Assembly (NCBI RefSeq): GCF_032116555.1
Contig: NZ_CP134949.1
Location: 2,976,001-3,040,000, forward strand
Origin: Halorarum halobium
GTDB taxonomy: Archaea > Halobacteriota > Halobacteria > Halobacteriales > Haloferacaceae
DNA length: 64,000 bases
Reading direction: 5' to 3'
Positions 1-9,505 of the stretch are shown here, in pieces (the stretch's first letter is position 1; each line of letters begins with the position of its first letter). A program made the position numbers and the translations under genes. Under the pieces are notes generated by a model, which saw only the letters and a list, made by a program, of their open reading frames with translations, was not told the origin of the DNA and made no database searches.

Positions 1-231
1 TCGTGGTCTGGCTTTCGCTATCGTGATGGTCTATTTTCGGTCAACGTAATCAGTAGATTCACATGTGTACTTACCGATCATCCTCAGATCTGTCCCAGGT
101 CGAGGGTTTCAACTGAGCTAAGTACATTTACCTACACTCTCGTGGAGGCACAACGGGATTTGATTGAATATGAGTCGGCACTGGCTGTACCGATCTAGAG
201 GGTTAAGTCTGAGTAACGTCTCCTACTGCCT

Positions 232-906
232 ATGACAGTGACTGCGGAACTCCTCGTCAGTTCCCCCTCGCTTCCGTTCGTTAGTTTCGCAGAATCGTTA
301 CCGTCCAATCAGCTCGAATGTGAACACGGCCTGTGTCTCGGCGGGGACTCTCAGGTGTTCGTCGTCCATCTCGACCCAGCTGATGGTGTTACCGAAGACG
401 ATCTCGTTGCTCTCGATGAAGTAGTCGGGACGACCCCCCTCGGACGCGAGAGTGGCAGGGACGTCTATCAGCTCGACGTCGAACTGGAGGATACTGTTTC
501 GGAAGCGTTCGTTCCCGGACAGTTCGCGAAGGCTCAAACAGAACCGACGACCATCATCCCGGAGGGATGGTACGAAACGAAGATTTTTCGGGATTATGAG
601 TCGCTCAATACTATGCGGAAGCATTGCGATGAGCACGACATCCGGGTCGATCTTCTCTCGATCACGCAGGACTCTCCGTCCCCGGACGAGCACTCACCGT
701 ACGGGTTAACTGCCCGGCAATACGAGGCACTGGCGCTCGCTATCTCTCGCGGATACTACGATAATCCCCGACAGGCTACAGCCGGCGACCTGGCAGAGGA
801 GATGGGTATTTCTCAACCCTCGATGTCGGACCTTCTTCGCCGAGGGGAGCGCCAGTTACTCACGTCGACGATCGGCACACAGCCACAGCAGACGTTCCAT
901 ACGTGA
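232..906 (+). CDS. HTH_10 (bacterio-opsin activator-like) transcriptional regulator
   Basis: C-terminal LTARQYEALALAISRGYYDNPRQATAGDLAEEMGISQPSMSDLLRRGE motif; TTAAGT at 203-208 upstream of the ATG. Confidence 0.9.
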   Translation: MTVTAELLVSSPSLPFVSFAESLPSNQLECEHGLCLGGDSQVFVVHLDPADGVTEDDLVALDEVVGTTPLGRESGRDVYQLDVELEDTVSEAFVPGQFAKAQTEPTTIIPEGWYETKIFRDYESLNTMRKHCDEHDIRVDLLSITQDSPSPDEHSPYGLTARQYEALALAISRGYYDNPRQATAGDLAEEMGISQPSMSDLLRRGERQLLTSTIGTQPQQTFHT

Positions 907-1045
907 ACCACTCACTGAGTCTCTACTCGGATAGTGCTATCTAGTACGCACCATATGGAGTGTTCGGACTCGGCGAAGGGACTTAAATGGGGTTTTAGAA
1001 TAGCATCGAATCCAAATGGCGTGCGGTCTACATTCAACTGTAGAA

Positions 1046-1897
1046 ATGGAAACCGTCACGCTAAACAACGACGTGGAAATGCCGATCCTCGGATTCGGTA
1101 CGTACCAGATCAGGGATCTCGCAGTCTGTGAACGAAGCGTCTCCGACGCGCTCCGTACTGGGTATCGTCTCATCGATACGGCGGCCGGGTACGAGAACGA
1201 AGAGGCCGTCGGTAGAGCGATCGAAACGAGCGGTGTGGCGAGAGAGGACGTGTTCGTCACCACGAAGCTCTGGATACAGGACGCTGGCTACGAGAGCACG
1301 AAGCGGGCGTTTGAACGGTCACTCGATCGACTGGGACTGGACTATCTGGATCTGTATCTGATCCATCAGCCCTTCGGTGACGTTCATGGCTCATGGCAGG
1401 CAATGGAGGACCTCTACAACGAAAACAAGATTCGAGCGATCGGCGTTAGCAACTTCCACCCGGATCGCTTGATCGACCTGATCGTCCACAACGAGGTCGT
1501 CCCCGCAGTCAATCAGATCGAGACACACCCCTTCTACCAGCGGACCGAAGACGCTGAGTTCCTGAGCGAGCATGAAATTCAGCACGAGTCCTGGGGGCCA
1601 TTCGCTGAAGGACGGAACAACCTCTTCGAGAACGACGTGCTGGTTTCGATCGGCGAACAGTACGGCAAATCGGCTGCACAGGTCGTGCTTCGGTGGCTGA
1701 TACAGCGAGAAATTGTTGCGATTCCCAAGTCAGTCCATGCGGAGCGGATCGTCGAGAACTTCGATATCTTCGATTTCGAATTGAATAATGAAGATATGCA
1801 CACGGTCTTGGAGCTAAATGAGTCTGAATCTCTGTTTCCTGACCACCGAGATCCGGAATTCGTCAAACAACTGAGTGAAGTGGAGGCCAATACCTGA
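1046..1897 (+). CDS. Aldo/keto reductase (2,5-diketo-D-gluconate reductase-like)
   Basis: [40 protein letters not shown] motifs; start taken at METVTLNN. Confidence 0.93.
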   Translation: METVTLNNDVEMPILGFGTYQIRDLAVCERSVSDALRTGYRLIDTAAGYENEEAVGRAIETSGVAREDVFVTTKLWIQDAGYESTKRAFERSLDRLGLDYLDLYLIHQPFGDVHGSWQAMEDLYNENKIRAIGVSNFHPDRLIDLIVHNEVVPAVNQIETHPFYQRTEDAEFLSEHEIQHESWGPFAEGRNNLFENDVLVSIGEQYGKSAAQVVLRWLIQREIVAIPKSVHAERIVENFDIFDFELNNEDMHTVLELNESESLFPDHRDPEFVKQLSEVEANT

Positions 1898-2349
1898 GCG
1901 CTCACGAGCGCCAACTCCCCCTCAGTTCCACCCAGTCCTCGGCTGCTTTCCGATCGGACCGACACTGACGTAGTGGCTGAATCGGATGCTGACAGCCGTC
2001 CCGAACACCAGTTCGTCGCCGAGAAGACCGACGAGGTATGGCAACAGGCCACGCCGTTCGTCTGTGATGCGTTCGTGCTCTCAGCGGTCGTACGATTGTG
2101 GGAGAACCATCAGGGGTCGGTCGTCCGGGATTGTCTGAGCCAGAAAACATAGAAGTCGGGCTTTGGAACGTGGACCACGTCAATGAGTCATATGACTCTC
2201 CTTTCTCTGTCGATCAGCCGAGCGCATTCTGACAACGATTGAGGATTTCAACAGAGCGTCTGGTTCGTAACTCTCGGCTCACCGAACGCCTGTCAGCTAG
2301 TCGCGGCGAGCGGGACGTGCCGCTACGGACACACCTGTCCAGCCTGCCA

Positions 2350-2579
2350 CGTCGCTCGGGGAGCTATCGACAGTCCTGGCGGACTCAGAACGGGCGAGGC
2401 CGACTCGACCGTCCCCCGACCTCGGGGGTGCCGAGCTCCGTAAACGCCGCGACGTCATCGCGTTCTGGCGCGAGAATGAGGAGGATCGCCGCCTCATCAA
2501 GCACGCGTTGGCGCTCTACTCAGGTGTCGAAGCTGCTCGCGAACAGCTGACCGACGTGGTTGACCACGCCATGCGCTAA
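2350..2579 (+). pseudogene. 3' remnant of a haloarchaeal winged-HTH gene of the same general family as 3036-3548
   Basis: Frame ending at TAA 2579 reads DLGGAELRKRRDVIAFWRENEEDRRLIKHALALYSGVEAAREQLTDVVDHAMR; no intact 5' part; start approximate. Confidence 0.45.
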
Positions 2580-2586
2580 TGCCGCC

Positions 2587-3039
2587 TTACGGCGGGTTTG
2601 CTGCGCTATTCAGCTGCTCCATGTCGTCGTCCTCGTACGCTGCTCGCCACAGTGCATGGACTGCACGAGTGACGAGTGAGACCTCGGTCACGTCGAGACA
2701 GGACGGTTCGGCTGCCGTCGTCGCTGCCTCGGGCGGAGGGTGGAAATGGATCTCGGGGGAGTGTGTATTCGGGTGGCGATCGAAGCGCCAATTGACGTCG
2801 TCGCTATCGACGTAATGAAACGAATACATCCCCAGTTCGCTCCACTGGATATCGAGCCGAGCGCTGTCGGCGTCGCCGAGTCCATCGCTGAGACTGATCT
2901 GTAGTTCCGTGGGAGCGACGACGTCATCGTACGATGTAGCATCAACAAGCGGTTCGAGTTCGAGCCAGCAGTCACGAATCCGCTGGAGTGCCGGAAGATA
3001 GATCGGCCCGAACTCGCCGGCACGGTCGTCGTCGCTCAT
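2587..3039 (-). CDS. Conserved haloarchaeal hypothetical protein with a His-rich motif, putative toxin partner of the upstream wHTH protein
   Basis: MSDDDRAGEF...WRFDRHPNTHSPEIHFHPPP; ATGA overlap with the stop of 3036-3548. Confidence 0.75.
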   Translation of the reverse strand: MSDDDRAGEFGPIYLPALQRIRDCWLELEPLVDATSYDDVVAPTELQISLSDGLGDADSARLDIQWSELGMYSFHYVDSDDVNWRFDRHPNTHSPEIHFHPPPEAATTAAEPSCLDVTEVSLVTRAVHALWRAAYEDDDMEQLNSAANPP

Positions 3040-3548
3040 ACAGCAAGCTGGTGGCTGGCCTCGTCGTAGGCAAGTGCTGCGTGGGCGACGGCGAGATTCT
3101 GTCGCGTCGTGCGCCACGACGTCAGGTCGTCCCAGCCCTCCGTTTCGTCGGCGTCGAGTTGCTGGGCGAGTTCTTCGGGAGAGACGACGTCATAGCGGTC
3201 CTCATAGCGCCGGATCTCGGCCTTCATCTCCTGGATACTGTCGAGCAACTCCGGCCGCGTGACTTCCTCACGCAGCTCGCGGATCCGGGACATCAAAACC
3301 CGGTCGCTGTTTCGCTTGTACAGCGTTGTTTGGCCGTCCTGGTCCGTCTCGGCGAACCCGGTGTTCACGAGCGTCGTGCAGTGGCGACGTGCCGTCGGCT
3401 CGCTCACGAGGGCGCGGTCGGCGATCTCGGCCGCCGACTGCCCGTCGTGGGTCTGTTCGACGATTTCGTACACCCGCTCGAACGGCGTGGTGTCGTCTTT
3501 CCAGTCCGTTTTGACCTGCTCGTTGACGTCGTCCCACGTCTCGGTCAT
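3036..3548 (-). CDS. Winged helix-turn-helix protein (ArsR-like HTH with helical C-terminus), putative antitoxin
   Basis: SAAEIADRALVSEPTARRHCTTLVNTG HTH; acidic composition; start MTETWDD. Confidence 0.85.
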   Translation of the reverse strand: MTETWDDVNEQVKTDWKDDTTPFERVYEIVEQTHDGQSAAEIADRALVSEPTARRHCTTLVNTGFAETDQDGQTTLYKRNSDRVLMSRIRELREEVTRPELLDSIQEMKAEIRRYEDRYDVVSPEELAQQLDADETEGWDDLTSWRTTRQNLAVAHAALAYDEASHQLAV

Positions 3549-3905
3549 ACTGGGTGCTATGTATCGGGTGCACAAATAGTTTTCTCAGGAAATTATTCTT
3601 TCTACTATCGATGTCCTTGAACAGACTACGTGCTCCTCTAAGGTATCTCGGTGCGTCTGGACAGTCACCGCTGAAGCGTTTGCTGCGTTTACGGCCTCAG
3701 TTTGGGTTGGCCATTGGCTCTGCTCGCGACCGACCTTGTAAACTGTCTCAGGTCAAGACTCGAGGGTTCTCACGGGGGTGTACCTGAATCTCCGGGCGCT
3801 CCACCCACTGGGCCCTGAGCAATATTTGTTGAGGTGGGTGCTGGGAGGGACAACGGAGGGAGTATCGAAGAATGAGTGAACGCCGAGAGACTGCTGGCCG
3901 CCGTC

Positions 3906-4043
3906 CTATTCGGTGGCGAGTTCGTCGTAGATTTCCTCGTGCTCGTCGAGGTCCTGGCGGCCGAGGAACCGGATGAGATACTGTCGTGCCTCCTCGGGAG
4001 TCATCTCATCGGGAATCTCGGGCTGCTCACTTTCAGCGGCCAT
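3906..4043 (-). CDS. 45-aa acidic protein, putative Doc antitoxin (absent from the ORF track)
   Basis: MAAESEQPEIPDEMTPEEARQYLIRFLGRQDLDEHEEIYDELATE*; ATG 2 nt after the doc stop, preceded by GAGGAG. Confidence 0.7.
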   Translation of the reverse strand: MAAESEQPEIPDEMTPEEARQYLIRFLGRQDLDEHEEIYDELATE

Positions 4044-4045
4044 CC

Positions 4046-4594
4046 TTACTCCTCACTATGGGCGTCGTGGTCATAATCATTCGGTTCGTGGGATTCCTGC
4101 TCGACGGTACCGTGCTCTGTCGGTAGCTGGTCTGTATCGTCAATCTGTGCCAGCCAGAGGTTGATGGTCGCCTCGTACTCCGGGGCAAGCGGCTCTGTAT
4201 GCGCTCGTAGATGCTCGATCACATCGTCCTCATCGACACTGCCCTCATCTGTGGCGAGCGCCTTCAGGATCTCTTTGATTGTCCGATCATAGTTGAAGCG
4301 CAGCCCATTCAAGGCGTAGAAAATCCGAGTCGACATGAGCGCCGTTCGCTTGTTGCCATCGACGAATGGATGATTCGCCCCAATAAGGCGCAGCAGTTGG
4401 GATGCCTTCTCGTGGAGCGACTCGGGTACTTGGCCGAAATGGCCTTCTTGAATATGTTCTACGGCGTATTCGATATTGCCAGGCGAGGCGACCCCAGCGG
4501 TTGTCTCCGCACTTGACTCCACGATCAACTCATGGATGTCACGGATATCAGCAGTCGAGAGATAGCTGATTGACCCCGATTCCTCGTCCATCAT
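4046..4594 (-). CDS. doc: Fic/Doc family (death-on-curing) toxin
   Basis: HPFVDGNKRTA Fic/Doc motif; N-terminal YLSTADIRDIH. Confidence 0.9.
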   Translation of the reverse strand: MMDEESGSISYLSTADIRDIHELIVESSAETTAGVASPGNIEYAVEHIQEGHFGQVPESLHEKASQLLRLIGANHPFVDGNKRTALMSTRIFYALNGLRFNYDRTIKEILKALATDEGSVDEDDVIEHLRAHTEPLAPEYEATINLWLAQIDDTDQLPTEHGTVEQESHEPNDYDHDAHSEE

Positions 4595-4619
4595 CGATAT
4601 CCTCTGTGACAACGCATAT

Positions 4620-4930
4620 CTAACCTCTGCTTTCTGCAGCTACCCCTCGTTTCTGTATCGTGCTCTTTAGGTCCACTCTCTGCTCATCGTCCAACTGTTG
4701 TAGCGTGTCTCGATGGGTCCGAACCGTCGTTTGTGAGATGTTGGCGGCTTCTACAGCCTCGGATTGCGTCAACCATCGGCCCTCTGCGCGACCGGCTTTG
4801 TAGAGGCAGGCCGCGGCGAACCCGGCCGGATGGACGCCCGTCGTGACGCCGCGCTCCTCGGCCTGCTCAGCGAGCGTTCGGGCCCGCTGTCGGATCTCGT
4901 CCGGACACTCGAGCGGCCGAAGGCGTTCAG
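4620..4930 (-). pseudogene. tfb: C-terminal fragment of a transcription initiation factor IIB (TFB)-family gene
   Basis: LECPDEIRQRARTLAEQAEERGVTTGVHPAGFAAACLYKAG...LTQSEAVEAANISQTTVR resembles the second cyclin repeat; no Zn-ribbon or first repeat. Confidence 0.75.
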
Positions 4931-5017
4931 GAGTCGTCGCCGGCGCTGGGTGCTCGGGATCGCCGCTCGTGGCTGAGGACGCCACACTGAGACATTGGGA
5001 GGCCGCTCGCAGGACGG

Positions 5018-5287
5018 CTATTCCTCGAGGCGCTGGAGCAATTGCGTCACGGAGGGGCTGTTCTCCCAGCTTCGATGCGGGTTGATCGTCGTGAGCAGTG
5101 TTCTCGCTTCCTCCCTGGTCAGAAGTCCGTTCCGGGCGTAGTCACGGATGAGCCGCGGCGTCGGGACGATCCGCGGCCCCTCCAACACCGCGTGGATCAA
5201 TGGGAAATTCGTTCCGCCGAACTCGTCGGTGAGAAACCCGTTCACGTCGAGTGCGTTCGCGAGGACGATCCCGTCGGTTTCGCCGTA
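5018..5287 (-). pseudogene. 3' fragment of a PIN-domain-like gene
   Basis: YGETDGIVLANALDVNGFLTDE resembles the PIN GExxxIxLA...LxDE motif; 5' end replaced by the HTH_10 gene. Confidence 0.6.
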
Positions 5288-5290
5288 CCG

Positions 5291-5910
5291 CCGACGGCGA
5301 CCTCGCGGGGCGACTCGTAGTAGCCGTGTTCGACGGCGGCCTGGAGTGCGACCTCCTGTGCTGGCGGCAATCCACTCGGCGTCCCGTCGCCTCCCCCAGC
5401 TGCTGTGGTGGTGTCCGCGGCGCGGGGCATCTCCATCCTGGCGAATTCCCCGACGGCGACCTCGAGGGCGTCGAAGAACGCGGCCACGTCGCCGTCGCCG
5501 GAGTGGATGAGCCGCCACGTGTAGTGGTGGCCCTCGTGACGGGTCTCGAACAGGACGCCGTCGCCGAGGTGGTCGCGGGCGATGTGGGGAACCGAGGCGC
5601 AGGTGGGGGTGCGCTCCCAGTCGGAGTAGAGGACGAGCGTGTCGTCCGCGCGGTCGAGGACGCGGGTAGTTTGCGTGGCGCCGCAATCCTCGGTGGCGAG
5701 ACAGTCAGCGTAGTAGTCGCCGGTGAGAAAGGCGTCCTCGATGGCGTCGAGCCCCTCGAGAGTTCCGGTGGCGTGGTCGACCCGCCAGAGACGCTCGGCA
5801 GTGGCGTGCAGCGAGAGCGAGCGGACGCGGGCGTCGGGATAGTCGGCGAGGGCGTCCGCCACCCTGTTGCATCCCGGTTCGTACTCGAGGGCGAAGACGA
5901 GTTCGCGCAT
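5291..5910 (-). pseudogene. HTH_10 regulator truncated within its HTH
   Basis: MRELVFALEYEPG...LPPAQEVALQAAVEHGYYESPREVAVG, then loses similarity before the recognition helix; frame runs on to a stop at 5242. Confidence 0.75.
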
Positions 5911-5971
5911 ACCTCGTGTCGGGCCCGCTACGACATAACCCATGGCCCAGGGCGTCGTCCACGAGTGGACG

Positions 5972-6256
5972 TCAGATCGCGTCGTCCGGGTCGTGGACCT
6001 CCTGCATTCGCCGTGCTTCGACCGCGTACTGTTCTTGGAGGTCGGGGTCGTCGACCGTGCCGAGGTTATCGGGTTCGGCATCGACTGCTGCTGTCGTGTC
6101 CCGGACATCAGTGAAGGACGTGAGTGCCCGTTCCTTCCGATAGTACTGTTCGCCATCGGGCGTCGCGTAGGTGAGGATGATCAGGTTCTGTTCGTCGTCG
6201 GAGTACGTCCGTTCGACGAGCCAGACACGAACGTCGTCTTCGGACCGATTTGACAT
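5972..6256 (-). CDS. Small acidic haloarchaeal hypothetical protein
   Basis: MSNRSEDDVRVWLVERTYSDDEQNLIILTYATPDG; typical codon usage and acidity. Confidence 0.8.
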   Translation of the reverse strand: MSNRSEDDVRVWLVERTYSDDEQNLIILTYATPDGEQYYRKERALTSFTDVRDTTAAVDAEPDNLGTVDDPDLQEQYAVEARRMQEVHDPDDAI

Positions 6257-6356
6257 ACGTGGACGTTTCCCGGTATCCACTAAGGAATGGGTGTTACGGC
6301 TCGTCGAGGCTCGCGTTCTCGTGCTGTGTGTGGACTCGTTGGAGGACCGCCGTTGA

Positions 6357-6407
6357 TTAGGCCGGCCTAAAATTCGAAGGCTTCATGTATATTTAGGTTG
6401 GCCTAAA
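6357..6407. promoter_or_regulatory. Two TTAGG-N4-CCTAA palindromes, likely DtxR-family iron-repressor boxes
   Basis: TTAGGCCGGCCTAA at 6357-6370 and TTTAGGTTGGCCTAAA at 6392-6407, directly upstream of an iron-siderophore SBP gene. Confidence 0.8.
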
Positions 6408-6411
6408 CATC

Positions 6412-7617
6412 ATGTCAGGCGAGGACGGCGGCCACGAGTCATCGACGCGAAGGGAGTACGTGAAGTACGGGAGCGCGGTCATCGGTGGCGGATTGCTCGC
6501 CGGCTGTAGCGAGCAGTCGGAAACAACCTCGACCGTCCCGCCGGCGAGCAGCCAAGCCGACACGACCGCGACGGGGACGGCGACGTCGGAAGCCGAGCGC
6601 TACGCAGCGACGCTGTCGCCGGCAGGGACCGTCGAGTTCGGCGAGCCTCCGGAGAACGTGTTCACGGTCCTCCTCCACCACGCGGACATGGCGATCGCGC
6701 TCGGCCACGGGGAGTCGCTCAACGGGATGTACAATCCGGAAGGCTTCGGGGAGATCTACGACTTGCTTCTCGAACGGCTCGACGGCGTCTCGGTCGACTG
6801 GTCCGGGCTCGCCGACACCTGGAACCCCGACAGGGAGGTACTCTACGAGCTCGACAGCGACGTCCACCTCGAGGATCCGGCGCTCATGACGACGATGCAG
6901 GCGTGGGACACCGAGGACGTCGAGGAGATTCGAACGGAGATCGCCCCGTGGTTCGGGAACTCCCTGAGCCGCAACCACAGCGAGCCGCCGGCCGACTGGG
7001 CCGACCAGTACCAGTACTACACCCTCTGGGAGATCTTCGGGAAGGTCGCGTCGGTGTTCGGGGAGCGAGCGCGATACGAGGCGCTCTCGGACGTTCGCGG
7101 GTCCCTCCTGTCGAGGATCGAGTCCGGCATCCGGGAGGCGGAGGAGCCGCCGCTGACGGCACGATTCCTCTGGCGGGACGGCATCTGGGTCTACCCGCTC
7201 AACGGACCGGGCACGGTCCGGGCTCACACGCGGGTGTTCGACGCCGAGGACGCGCTCGCCGACGTTCCGAGCGGGACCCGGATCGACATGGAGGGACTCA
7301 TCGAAGCCGACCCGGAGGTCATCCTCGTCGACGGCGGACTGGGGCCGAACTGGGAGTCGACCAGACGGGAGCTGTACGACGATCCGGTCGCGGGGAGCAT
7401 CTCGGCGGTAGAATCCGACCAGGTGTACCCGATCGGCGTTCGCTACGGCGGCCCGATCATGAACCTCTTCCAGCTCGAGATGATCGCAAAGCAGCTCTAT
7501 CCCGACCAGTTCGGGGAGTGGCCCACGTACGAGGGCGGACCCTACCCCGAGTTTTCGGAGGACGAACGGCTCTTCGACCGCCGGCGCGTCGCGGCCGCCA
7601 TCAACGGCGACGTCTAA
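6412..7617 (+). CDS. Iron-siderophore ABC transporter substrate-binding lipoprotein (Tat)
   Basis: TRREYVKYG twin-arginine signal with LLAGC lipobox; IDMEGLIEADPEVIL, GGPIMNLFQLEMIAKQLYP, LFDRRRVA family motifs. Confidence 0.88.
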   Translation: MSGEDGGHESSTRREYVKYGSAVIGGGLLAGCSEQSETTSTVPPASSQADTTATGTATSEAERYAATLSPAGTVEFGEPPENVFTVLLHHADMAIALGHGESLNGMYNPEGFGEIYDLLLERLDGVSVDWSGLADTWNPDREVLYELDSDVHLEDPALMTTMQAWDTEDVEEIRTEIAPWFGNSLSRNHSEPPADWADQYQYYTLWEIFGKVASVFGERARYEALSDVRGSLLSRIESGIREAEEPPLTARFLWRDGIWVYPLNGPGTVRAHTRVFDAEDALADVPSGTRIDMEGLIEADPEVILVDGGLGPNWESTRRELYDDPVAGSISAVESDQVYPIGVRYGGPIMNLFQLEMIAKQLYPDQFGEWPTYEGGPYPEFSEDERLFDRRRVAAAINGDV

Positions 7618-7819
7618 TCCGGCACCGGTGGATGGTGAAACGGGCGATGGCGAGACAGGACTGCCCGGCGGGCCTGTGAACGTCCGGTTCGCGCATCGAC
7701 CGATCGCGGCTCACGTTCTCCCGGCCGTGCTGGCTGGCGGACACGGCTCTCGTGTAGCGATCCGATCGTTTCGAGCGGCCGAATCGGTCAGGACGGGCGG
7801 CCGTTCGACGGGGCGGCGG

Positions 7820-8659
7820 TCAGGCCGTCACCTCCTGCCGGGACCCGACGAGAGTCGGTCCGTTCGACCCGATCGTGCGGACGGAGAGGGACACGACCGA
7901 GACGATGGCGACGTACTCGACGACACCGACGACGAGGTGGAGTTCGGGCGGGACGCTCACCGCGACCAGAACCGGCGGCGTGTTCATCGTCGCGTGGAAG
8001 AGCGCGACCAGCCAGAGGTTTCCGCTCACCGCGTACACGATACCGTAGGTGAGGCCCATGAGAGTCAGTCCGAGTAGCCGGATCACGGCCGCGGTACCGA
8101 TGCCGTGCCCGGACGCGAGGACCCACCGCGGGAGGTGGAAGAGGGCGAACAGGACTGCCACGACTACGACGCCGGTGACGACCGCGCGGCGGGTCTCGCC
8201 GCCGGCCATCGCGGTGACTTTTTCCTGGAGATACCCACGAAAGACCAGTTCCTCCGGAATCGCGGTGAACAGGAGCGAACTGACGAGCGCCCCGAGATAG
8301 GGGAGCGGATGAGCGACGACGCGGGACCACGCCGGGTCGAACCCGACGACGCCACCCAGCGCGAGGCCGACGGCGACGAGATTGTACAGCCCCCAGAACG
8401 CGAGGAGAACCGCGATCACGGGGACGAGGCGACGGACGGACGGGAGGATCGAGCGCGGTGAGACGCCCTCGAGTTTCAACGCACCGACGGTGAGTGCGGC
8501 GAGGAACACGCCCCAGGCCATCCCCAGGAGGGGTGGCGGCGATTCGTCCGGGGATACGAACAGTAGCACGGAGAGGACGCCGACCACGACGAGGTACGTG
8601 GCGACGGGGACCGGCCAACCGCGCTCGAACGTCGGGAGCGCCGCGTCAGTGCGTCCCAT
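7820..8659 (-). CDS. CPBP (CAAX/Abi) family intramembrane metalloprotease
   Basis: PEELVFRGYL, LFALFHL and ALFHATMN motifs; multiple TM helices. Confidence 0.9.
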   Translation of the reverse strand: MGRTDAALPTFERGWPVPVATYLVVVGVLSVLLFVSPDESPPPLLGMAWGVFLAALTVGALKLEGVSPRSILPSVRRLVPVIAVLLAFWGLYNLVAVGLALGGVVGFDPAWSRVVAHPLPYLGALVSSLLFTAIPEELVFRGYLQEKVTAMAGGETRRAVVTGVVVVAVLFALFHLPRWVLASGHGIGTAAVIRLLGLTLMGLTYGIVYAVSGNLWLVALFHATMNTPPVLVAVSVPPELHLVVGVVEYVAIVSVVSLSVRTIGSNGPTLVGSRQEVTA

Positions 8660-8660
8660 C

Positions 8661-9416
8661 CTAGGATCGCCCCCACTCCGGCTGTTCCACGTGTCGGTTC
8701 CAGAATGACGCGTCGAGGTACGCATCCGTCCTGCCGGCCGCTCCCGTCAGCCGGGCGATCCGCCCGACGGTCGCCCCGAGGAGTCGCTGGATCGGCCGGG
8801 GAATCGTCGTCATCGTCGTCTCGTCGGCGAGATCCGCCGCGAGCACGAGCGACTGCACCGGTCCCGGGCCGGGATAGGTTCCGTCCCCGTCGCGACCACG
8901 TTCGTGCGCGAGCCCCCAGGCGGTGTAGAGGCCGTTCACCGTCCGCATCGACGGGAGTTCGGCCTCGAATGCGACGACCTCGTCGGTATCGTTTCGGAAG
9001 GTGTGTGCGCGTTCCGGTTCGACGGTCAGCGACTCGTCGGGGTCGAGTCGGATCGGGTCTCCCTCGCGAACGACCGTGAGTTGCCCCTCGAGCGGCCGGA
9101 ACGTTTCCGTCGTCGAATGATAGTGGACGGGCGGTTCGGGGGACGCCGGTGACACCCACTGGACCAGAACGGGGCGATCGCTCCGCCCCGAGTCCGGTCG
9201 CTCCAGCAGCGCTGCCCACGTCCCGCCCGCGGGGTCGGAAACGAGCGGGTGAGGCGACTGTCGCAGGAGGGCACTCGCGGGACTCTCGGGATCCAGTTCG
9301 AGCGTCGGTCCGGCAACCGGGCGTCCGTCCACGAGCGGGCGGCCGGTCCGCAGGGTTCGGCCCCGACTCCGGTCGGTGCGCCGTCCCTGATCACGGGGCT
9401 GCGTCTCGGATTCCAT
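8661..9416 (-). CDS. Cupin domain protein
   Basis: PPVHYHSTTETFRPLEG and VEPERAHTFRN cupin motifs; start uncertain. Confidence 0.8.
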   Translation of the reverse strand: MESETQPRDQGRRTDRSRGRTLRTGRPLVDGRPVAGPTLELDPESPASALLRQSPHPLVSDPAGGTWAALLERPDSGRSDRPVLVQWVSPASPEPPVHYHSTTETFRPLEGQLTVVREGDPIRLDPDESLTVEPERAHTFRNDTDEVVAFEAELPSMRTVNGLYTAWGLAHERGRDGDGTYPGPGPVQSLVLAADLADETTMTTIPRPIQRLLGATVGRIARLTGAAGRTDAYLDASFWNRHVEQPEWGRS

Positions 9417-9505
9417 CTCCGATACGTGTTGACGGTCCGACGGGGGATGGAGCTTCCGTGAGGTATGCATGGAGGGTTTAAACCTGGCTCGGTGATGGAC
9501 CGGAC

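Noticed and set aside
1900..2340. Possible further gene fragments after the AKR (also 3600-3900 and 26500-26700)
   Set aside because: Short coding-like stretches with no family I can recognise; not supportable without a search.
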